NCBI GenBank assembly: GCA_963786935.1
Contig: CAWBAN010000005.1
Coordinates: forward strand, 64,001-128,000
DNA: 64,000 nt
From: an uncultured bacterium
GTDB taxonomy: Bacteria; Krumholzibacteriota; Krumholzibacteriia; Krumholzibacteriales; Krumholzibacteriaceae
Direction: 5' to 3'
Under the pieces are notes generated by a model. The model ran no database searches and was not told the DNA's origin. It was given only the letters and a program-made list of their open reading frames with translations. The translations under genes were made by a program, and so were the position numbers. This document shows positions 56,761 to 64,000 of this stretch, one piece after another. Numbering within the stretch: the first letter of the stretch is position 1; every line of letters starts with the position of its first letter.

Positions 56761-58614
56761 ATGAGGGTGTTGTTCGTTTGTATCGGCGCGGCCATCGTTC
56801 TGTGGGCCGGTCCGTGCGCGGCGCAGGACGCCGGCGTGTTCGAGGCGGCTCAGGCGGGAAACGTCGAGCGATTGAAGGCGCTCATCGACGGCTCGCCGGA
56901 GCTCGTCAATGCGGCGAACGAGGAAGGCGATACGCCGCTCCACACCGCGGCGACAGCGCGAAGGACGGACGCCGCGCTGTATCTCATCTGGCGAGGCGCC
57001 GATATCGAGGCGCGGAACTCCGCCGGCCAGACTCCGCTCCTCTACGCGGCGTACGTCGGCGACGCGACGCTCGTGGACACGCTCGTCGCCCGGGGGGCGC
57101 GGTTCGATTATCAGGACGCGCGGGGCAATTCGCCGTTTCATTTCGCCGCGCGGGGAGGGCATGAGGCGATCGTCGAGCTCCTCGCATCGAAGGGAGCGCG
57201 GATCGATCTCAAGGGAAATCAGGGACGGACGCCGCTCTTTCTCGCCGCGATGAACGGCCAGACCGAAATCGTGAAATTCCTCCTCGCCCGCGGCGCCAGG
57301 CCCGAAACGAAAGCCGACGATGGGCAGACGCCCATGACGGTCGCGCTCGCTAACGGGCACGCCGCGGCAGCCGAGGCCTTTCTCGCCGTCGGCGTGCCGA
57401 TCGAGGGGGATGAAGAAGCCCTCAATCGGTTCATGCACCTCGCCGCCGCCGCGGGCAGCGAGAGATTAGTCGACGCCCTGCTCGCGAAGGGCGCGTCCCT
57501 CGACGACGTCGGCGCGGGGGGGAAAACGCTGCTCCACGACGCCGCCATCGGCGGCCTGGCCCCTCTTGCCCGAAGGATGATCGCGCGCGTCGGGATTATC
57601 GACGCCGTGGACGGCGCCGGAAAGACGGCGCTCCATTACGCCGTGCGCGCCGGGCGGCGCGACATCGCCGAGATGCTTCTCGCCGGCGGCGCCGACCCGA
57701 ACATTCCGGACGCGGACGGCAGGACGCCTCTCCATATCGCCGAGGATAACGTGAACGCCGATGTGACGGCGCTTCTGCGGAAGAAGGGCGCCCGCGAAAT
57801 GGAGCGGCGCGTCTGGCGCCTCGAACGCTCATCCGCGCGCGGCGCGGAAGGAGCCGGTGACGTTCCGCTCGACGTCACGTATATCGCGAACGAAGGTTTC
57901 CTGATCGCGCGGGGGGACAAGAAGATCATCATCGACGCCACCCATGTGAATCCATGGAACTATCCGATGACCGGCGATCGGATCTTCTCGATGATGCTCG
58001 AGAGCCGGCCTCCCTTCAACGGTATCGACCTGTCGATCGCCTCGCACGCGCACGCCGACCATACGAATCCGGGGATGACGGTGAAGCTCCTGCAGCGCGT
58101 GCCGGGGATGGCGTATCTTTCGAGCCCGATCGCATGCGATTCCGTGCGTTCCGCCGCCGGGAGCGGTCTCGACGCGATCGCGAAGCGGGTCGTGAGCGTC
58201 GATCCTGAGTGGAAGAAGGTCGTGAAGCTCCGGGAGAACGGCGTCGACGTGGAGTTCTTCGGCGTCAATCACGCTCCCGCCGGCATGGAGCCGTACAAGA
58301 CGCTCGCGACGATCCTCGATCTCGACGGCATTCGTCTCGTGCACATGGCCGACGAGATCGTCGATATGAACGTCGAAATCTACGAGGCCGTCGATCTCGC
58401 GCGGGACGGCATCGATATCGCCTTCGCCGACGCGATGTTTCTCGGGGATTCAACGGGGGTCCGGATCATGCGAGATTTGATTAAACCGGACTGGATCATT
58501 CTCATGCACGCCGGGCCCAGCGAGCTGGACGACGCCGCGGCGCGGCTCATACCGCTCCATCCGAATCTCCTCATCTTCCGGGATCAGCTCGAGCGGAGGA
58601 GGTTCGCTTACTGA
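56761..58614 (+). CDS. Exported ankyrin-repeat protein fused to a metallo-beta-lactamase-fold hydrolase
   Basis: GAGGAGG RBS, signal peptide, repeated GxTPLH-type motifs, YIANEGF, SHAHADH, HMAD. Confidence 0.85.
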   Translation: MRVLFVCIGAAIVLWAGPCAAQDAGVFEAAQAGNVERLKALIDGSPELVNAANEEGDTPLHTAATARRTDAALYLIWRGADIEARNSAGQTPLLYAAYVGDATLVDTLVARGARFDYQDARGNSPFHFAARGGHEAIVELLASKGARIDLKGNQGRTPLFLAAMNGQTEIVKFLLARGARPETKADDGQTPMTVALANGHAAAAEAFLAVGVPIEGDEEALNRFMHLAAAAGSERLVDALLAKGASLDDVGAGGKTLLHDAAIGGLAPLARRMIARVGIIDAVDGAGKTALHYAVRAGRRDIAEMLLAGGADPNIPDADGRTPLHIAEDNVNADVTALLRKKGAREMERRVWRLERSSARGAEGAGDVPLDVTYIANEGFLIARGDKKIIIDATHVNPWNYPMTGDRIFSMMLESRPPFNGIDLSIASHAHADHTNPGMTVKLLQRVPGMAYLSSPIACDSVRSAAGSGLDAIAKRVVSVDPEWKKVVKLRENGVDVEFFGVNHAPAGMEPYKTLATILDLDGIRLVHMADEIVDMNVEIYEAVDLARDGIDIAFADAMFLGDSTGVRIMRDLIKPDWIILMHAGPSELDDAAARLIPLHPNLLIFRDQLERRRFAY

Positions 58615-58768
58615 CGGCATCGCGGCAAACAAACGGCGAGCGCGAGCGCCCCCGCGCCCGGGCATCGTTCTTTTTTTGAAACAAAAACCGCTTCCGTAAG
58701 TATAAACAAATACGGACATTTGTGTATCGTTTCCAGGCTTCGAGTCGTTCACCCGAAAGGAGCGTGCA

Positions 58769-61700
58769 ATGGGCAGGAGGATTCTGTGCCTCATGATCCT
58801 GGGTCTGCTCCTCTTCGCGTCCGCGGCGGTCGCGGCGACGGAGAGCAGGCTTATGCGGTACCCCGACATTTCCGGGGACAAGGTCGTATTCACGCACGGC
58901 GGGGATCTCTGGATCGTGTCCGCGAACGGCGGCACGGCGACGCGGCTCACGTCCCATCCGGGGAGCGAGCGCTTCGCGAAATTCTCTCCGGACGGAAAGA
59001 CGATCGCCTTCACTGGCTTCTACGACGGCAACACCGATCTCTTCACGGTCCCCGTCGGGGGGGGCATTCCGAATCGGCTGACCTATCACCCGATGCCCGA
59101 TGTCTCGCTCGACTGGCATCCCTCGGGGGAGCGGATCCTGTTCCGCTCGATGCGGGAATCCAAGACGAATCCCGGCCCGCGATACGCACGGCTCTACACG
59201 GTGCCGAAGGACGGCGGCATCGTCGAGGCGCTCCCGCTCTTCGAGGGAGAGCTCGCCTCATTCTCGGACGACGCCTCGAAGATAGCCTTCACGAGACTCG
59301 CGACCGAATCGCGGACGTGGAAGCGCTATCGCGGCGGCATGGCGCCGAATATCTGGATGTACGATTTCAAGACGGGAAAGGCCGAGATCCTCGTCGACGC
59401 CGAGGGGACCGACTATTTCCCGATGTGGCGCGGGAACAGCCTGTACTTCATCTCCGACCGCGAGCGGACGTTCAACGTCTACGTTCTCGATCTCGGCACG
59501 AGGAAGGTCCGCAAGCTGACGAACCACGACGAGTACGACGTCAAGTGGCCGAGCATCGGCGGCGATTCGATCGTGTACGAAAACGGCGGATGGCTCTACG
59601 TGCTCGATCTCAAGACCGAGAAGTCGCGCAAGCTCGACATCGTCGTTCCGAGCGAGCTCGCCGAGACGCGGCCGCACTACGAGCGCGTGGCCTCTCTCAT
59701 CAACGCCGGCGATCTCTCGGGCACGGGCAAGCGCGCCGCCTTCGAGGCGCGCGGCGACATATTCACCGTGCCGGGCGAGAAGGGCGACATCAGGAACGTC
59801 ACGCGCACGACGGGCATCCGCGAGCGCGCTCCGGTATTCTCCCCCGATGGGAAGTGGATCGCCTACTTCTCGGACGCGACGGGAGACTACGACATCTATC
59901 TCCGCAAGCCCGACGGCACGGGGGACGAGGTGCGCGTTACCACGGGCATCGCGCACTTTCCGTTCCGGATGAGCTGGTCCCCCGACAGCAAGAAGCTCGC
60001 GTTCTACGACGAGACGTTCCGGCTGTACTACGTCGATGTGGACGCGAAGAAGGTCCAGACGGTCGACGAGGATCCGTGGGCGGATCTCGCGGACTACGCG
60101 TGGTCGACCGACAGCAAATGGATCGTCTATTCCAAGGGCGGCGACAACGGGAACAGCGCGATCCATTTCTACTCCCTCGGGGATAAGAAATCGCGCCAGG
60201 TGACGAGCGGCCTCTACAACGATTTCAACCCCTGCTTTTCGCCCGACGGCAAGTACCTCTACTTCATTTCGAACAGGGCGACGGCTTTCCAGTTCAACAG
60301 CTACGATTATGACATCCACTACGTTTATCCGAACGTCGTCTGCGCGGTGACGCTCAAGGCGGACACGCCTTCGCCGCTCGCTCCGGAGAGCGACGAGGTC
60401 GAAGTGAAGGAAGAGAAGAAGGACGACGAGGGGAAGGACGCCGACAAGAAGGACGATAAGAAGGACAAGAAGGACGACAAGAAGAAAGACGCCGCGGACG
60501 AGAAGAAGGACGCGGACAAGAAAGACGCCGACAAAAAAGACGAGCTCGTCGTCGATTTCGACGGCTTCGAGGCGCGCATCGTCGGGCTTCCCGTCGGCAT
60601 GGGGAACTTCGGCGGCCTCTACCCGGCCGAGGGCAAGCTCTACTACGCCGACGTCCCGAGCGGCACGATCGGAGCGGCGGGCGACGAGGACGCGCAGCAG
60701 GGCTTCGACCTCAAGTTCTTCGATCTCGAGAAGCGCGAGTCGAAAACGGCCCTGAGCGGGATCACGAACTATACGTTCTCCGCGGACGGGAAGAAGATCC
60801 TGTACCAGGCGCGCCAGACGTACGGCATCGTCGACGCCGGCGAGGGCAAGAAGGTCGGCGACGGCACGATCGCGACGGGCGATCTCGAGATGAAGGTCGA
60901 TCCGCCGGCCGAGTGGAAGCAGATGTTCATGGAGGCCTGGCGTCTCGAGCGCGATTTCTTCTACGTGAACAACATGCACGGGGTCGATTGGAACAAGATG
61001 CGGAGCAGGTACGGGGATCTCCTGCCCTACCTCACGAGCCGCGACGACCTGAACTACATCATCGGCGAGCTCATCTCGGAGCTGAACGCCGGGCACGCCT
61101 ACGTGGGCGGCGGGGACTATCCGACGCTCCAGCCGGTCGGCACGGGGCTTCTCGGGTGCGACTTCGAGGCCGACAAGGCGAGCGGCCGCTATCGCTTCAC
61201 GAAGATCTACGACGGGCGCAACTGGGACGCCCAGTTCACGGGTCCGCTCAGCCAGCCGGGCATCAACGTGAAGGCGGGAGACTATATCCTCGCCATCAAC
61301 GGCGTCGAGCTGAAGTATCCGGCGGACCCGCTCGCGCTCCTCGAGAACCGCGCCGGCAAGCAGACCGTGATCAAGGTCTCGAAGACCGCCGACGGCAAGG
61401 ACGCGCGCGAGGTCACCGTCGAGCCGGTCCCGAGCGACATCAACATCAGGTACGCCGACTGGGTCGAATCGAACCGGCTCAAGGTGTTCGAAGCCTCGGG
61501 CGGCCGCATCGGCTACGTTCACGTGCCGAACACGGCGACCGAGGGGCTCATGGAGTTCGCGAAGCTCTTCTACGGCCAGGCGAACCTCGACGGTATCGTC
61601 ATCGACGAGCGCTGGAACAGCGGCGGCTGGATGCCGTCGCTGTTCGTCGACCGCCTCGCGCGGAAGCCGTCGAGCTACTGGGCGCTGCGGCATTTCAAAC

Positions 61701-62107
61701 GGCTGAGCTCGTTCCCGCCGTTCGCGCCGAAGGGATACCAGGCCATGCTCATCAACGAGTGGTCGGGCTCCGGCGGCGACGCGTTCCCGTATCTCTTCCG
61801 GCAGGCGGGGCTCGGCCCGCTCATCGGGAAGCGCACCTGGGGCGGGCTCGTGGGCATGAACCGGAACATTCCGCTCATGGACGGCGGCGGCGTGACGATG
61901 CCCGGCATCGGCTTCACCGATCTCGAAGGCAACTACGCCGTCGAGAACGTGGGCGTCTCTCCCGACATCGAGGTCGAAAACTCTCCCGAGTTCACCGCCA
62001 AGGGGGGCGACCCGCAGCTCGATAAGGCCGTTCAGGTTCTGATGGATAAGATCAAGGCGAATCCGCCGAAGACGCCGGCGATGCCGAAGGATCCGGACAA
62101 GCGCTGA
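58769..62107 (+). CDS. Tricorn protease homolog (S41; two propellers, PDZ, catalytic domain)
   Basis: RLMRYPDI, WKRYRGG, ELNAGH, IDERWNSGG, SGSGGD, GKRTWGG. Confidence 0.95.
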   Translation: MGRRILCLMILGLLLFASAAVAATESRLMRYPDISGDKVVFTHGGDLWIVSANGGTATRLTSHPGSERFAKFSPDGKTIAFTGFYDGNTDLFTVPVGGGIPNRLTYHPMPDVSLDWHPSGERILFRSMRESKTNPGPRYARLYTVPKDGGIVEALPLFEGELASFSDDASKIAFTRLATESRTWKRYRGGMAPNIWMYDFKTGKAEILVDAEGTDYFPMWRGNSLYFISDRERTFNVYVLDLGTRKVRKLTNHDEYDVKWPSIGGDSIVYENGGWLYVLDLKTEKSRKLDIVVPSELAETRPHYERVASLINAGDLSGTGKRAAFEARGDIFTVPGEKGDIRNVTRTTGIRERAPVFSPDGKWIAYFSDATGDYDIYLRKPDGTGDEVRVTTGIAHFPFRMSWSPDSKKLAFYDETFRLYYVDVDAKKVQTVDEDPWADLADYAWSTDSKWIVYSKGGDNGNSAIHFYSLGDKKSRQVTSGLYNDFNPCFSPDGKYLYFISNRATAFQFNSYDYDIHYVYPNVVCAVTLKADTPSPLAPESDEVEVKEEKKDDEGKDADKKDDKKDKKDDKKKDAADEKKDADKKDADKKDELVVDFDGFEARIVGLPVGMGNFGGLYPAEGKLYYADVPSGTIGAAGDEDAQQGFDLKFFDLEKRESKTALSGITNYTFSADGKKILYQARQTYGIVDAGEGKKVGDGTIATGDLEMKVDPPAEWKQMFMEAWRLERDFFYVNNMHGVDWNKMRSRYGDLLPYLTSRDDLNYIIGELISELNAGHAYVGGGDYPTLQPVGTGLLGCDFEADKASGRYRFTKIYDGRNWDAQFTGPLSQPGINVKAGDYILAINGVELKYPADPLALLENRAGKQTVIKVSKTADGKDAREVTVEPVPSDINIRYADWVESNRLKVFEASGGRIGYVHVPNTATEGLMEFAKLFYGQANLDGIVIDERWNSGGWMPSLFVDRLARKPSSYWALRHFKRLSSFPPFAPKGYQAMLINEWSGSGGDAFPYLFRQAGLGPLIGKRTWGGLVGMNRNIPLMDGGGVTMPGIGFTDLEGNYAVENVGVSPDIEVENSPEFTAKGGDPQLDKAVQVLMDKIKANPPKTPAMPKDPDKR

Positions 62108-62302
62108 GCCCGCGGAAAACAGGCGCGAGTCCATGAAACGGAGCCCGCCCCGCGAATCGTCCGGTCGCCGCGATCGGGCAAACCCGCGGGGCGGGCTCAC
62201 GTTCGTTATACTTGACAGCGCGCGCGTCCCGGTGGAAACTGTTCGTCGCGATCGTGATTGTCGGTGTGCCGGCCATTCGGGAGAAAGCGAGAGAACGTCG
62301 TC

Positions 62303-63514
62303 ATGATTCAGGCCAAGAGCAGTTTCTTCGGGCTCGGCATCGCGCCGGGGCTTCTCGCGGTGCTCGATACGCTCAAATTCACCGTCCCGACGCCCATTCA
62401 GGAAGCGGCGATCCCCATCGCCATCGAGGGGAAGGACGTCATCGGCGTGGCGCAGACCGGAACGGGCAAGACGCTCGCGTTCGGCATTCCGATGATCCAG
62501 CGCCTCGCGCAGGGGAAGCAGCGGGGGCTCGTGCTCGTGCCGACGCGCGAGCTCGCCATGCAGGTCAACGAGGATCTCGCGAAGTTCGCCCGGGCGTTCA
62601 AGCTCAGGACCGCCGTCGTGATCGGGGGGGAATCGATGATCCGCCAGGTCCGGCAGCTCAAGGAGCATCCGAACGTCATCATCGCCACGCCCGGCCGCCT
62701 CAACGACCACCTCGAGCACCGTCAGGTCCGTCTCTCCGACGTGGGCATCCTCGTTCTCGACGAGGCCGACCGGATGCTCGACATGGGCTTTCTCCCGCAG
62801 ATCGAGCGCATCCTCAAGCTCGTTCCGAAGGCCCGCCAGACCATGCTCTTTTCGGCCACGATGCAGCAGAGCGTGCTCGCGATCGCGTCCCGGCACATGC
62901 ATCTGCCGGTCCGGACCGAGATCGCTCCGTCCGGCACGGCGGCCGATCTCGTGACGCAGGAGATACTCTTCGTTCAGAAGGGGTCCAAGGCGCGCGCGCT
63001 CGGGCAGGTGCTCCAGCAATACGCGGGCTCCGTGCTCATGTTCGTGCGGACGAAGCGCGGCGCCGGCAAGGTGGCGAGGCTCCTGCGCGAGATGGGGCAC
63101 ACCGCGGGCGAGATCCACGCCGACCGGTCCCAGCCCCAGCGCAAGGAGGCCCTGCGTCGCTTCAAGACCGGCGAATACCGCATTCTCGTGGCCACCGACA
63201 TCGCCGCGCGCGGCATCGACGTCAAGGATATCGAGCTCGTGATCAACTACGATCTGCCCGACGACGTCGGGAACTACGTCCACCGCATCGGCCGCACGGG
63301 GCGCGCGGGCAAACGCGGGCACGCGATCGCCTTCGCCACGCCGGACCAGCGCGCCGACGTGGGGGAGATCGAGCGCTTCATGCGCGCCGCGATCCCCGCG
63401 TCATGGGATGCGGAGATTCCCGCCGAGGAGCTCCCCCGGGAGCAGAAGGCCGCGAAGAAGCCGGCGTTCGGCCGGTCCCCGCGCAAGGTTCCCCGCCGGA
63501 TCAGGATCAGGTAG
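62303..63514 (+). CDS. DEAD-box RNA helicase (RhlE-like)
   Basis: [43 protein letters not shown]. Confidence 0.95.
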   Translation: MIQAKSSFFGLGIAPGLLAVLDTLKFTVPTPIQEAAIPIAIEGKDVIGVAQTGTGKTLAFGIPMIQRLAQGKQRGLVLVPTRELAMQVNEDLAKFARAFKLRTAVVIGGESMIRQVRQLKEHPNVIIATPGRLNDHLEHRQVRLSDVGILVLDEADRMLDMGFLPQIERILKLVPKARQTMLFSATMQQSVLAIASRHMHLPVRTEIAPSGTAADLVTQEILFVQKGSKARALGQVLQQYAGSVLMFVRTKRGAGKVARLLREMGHTAGEIHADRSQPQRKEALRRFKTGEYRILVATDIAARGIDVKDIELVINYDLPDDVGNYVHRIGRTGRAGKRGHAIAFATPDQRADVGEIERFMRAAIPASWDAEIPAEELPREQKAAKKPAFGRSPRKVPRRIRIR

Positions 63515-64000
63515 GAGTGTCCGTCTTTCGTTTGAGCCGCTGCTCGAATATCGCGTACACGACCGGCACGAGGATGAGCGTGATGAGCGTGGAGCTCAGG
63601 AGCCCGCCGATCACGACGCGGGCGAGGGGCGCCTGCGTCTCGCCCCCTTCGCCGAATCCGATGGCGAGGGGCAGGAGACCGAGCACGGTCGTGAGCGTGG
63701 TCATGAGGATGGGGCGCAGACGCCGCGAGCCGGCGAGGCGGATCGCCTCGGCAAGCTCCATCCCCTCCTCGCGGCGCAGCCGGTTCGTGTAATCGACGAG
63801 CAGGATCGCGTTGTTGACGACGATCCCCGCGAGCATGATGCAGCCGATGAAGGCCTGCATGCTGAAGATGGTTCCGGTGAGCAGCATCGTCACCGCGATG
63901 CCGATGAGCGCCATCGGTATCGAGAAGAGCACGACGAACGGATCGCGCCACGATTCGAACTGCCCCGCCATCACCATATAGACGAGCAGGATCGCGAGGA
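63507..64000 (-). CDS. RND efflux permease (AcrB-like), C-terminal part; runs off the window
   Basis: QFES...[29 protein letters not shown]. Confidence 0.92.
   Translation of the reverse strand, partial: LAILLVYMVMAGQFESWRDPFVVLFSIPMALIGIAVTMLLTGTIFSMQAFIGCIMLAGIVVNNAILLVDYTNRLRREEGMELAEAIRLAGSRRLRPILMTTLTTVLGLLPLAIGFGEGGETQAPLARVVIGGLLSSTLITLILVPVVYAIFEQRLKRKTDTPT

Noticed and set aside
60405..60545. Repetitive GACAAGAAG-rich DNA in the tricorn gene
   Set aside because: In-frame K/D low-complexity linker, not a CRISPR array or mobile repeat.

Overview
High-GC bacterial window. A C-terminal 'SQNYPNPFNP'/FlgD-Ig secreted protein, a DivIVA cluster and receptor Ser/Thr kinases suggest an FCB-adjacent diderm such as Krumholzibacteriota or Latescibacterota (inference only). 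The first 27.5 kb are mostly core genes: a TPR-CHAT protease/ECF sigma/anti-sigma operon, an M24 peptidase, TetR and GntR units, yggS-yggT-divIVA-DUF167-PNP, an RRM protein, ileS-dksA-lspA-rluD, a STAS/RsbW/PP2C partner switch, ruvX-mltG-larE and tRNA-Val(TAC). Accessory DNA follows the tRNA. (i) Four integrase-free, same-strand gene cassettes are separated by three degenerate copies of the tRNA-Val 3' half. (ii) An FG-GAP/VCBS-propeller histidine kinase and an NtrC-family regulator have two matching sigma-54 promoters, the second of which appears to drive an ORF-less ~140-nt structured RNA. (iii) Two receptor Ser/Thr kinases with similar promoters are each followed by a small orphan protein, and the second unit ends in a radical SAM/SPASM gene. 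The window closes with a hydrolase, typA, an ankyrin-MBL fusion, a tricorn protease, a DEAD-box helicase and a partial RND permease. No CRISPR array, rRNA, transposase or integrase was seen. All calls come from reading motifs by eye; no searches were run.
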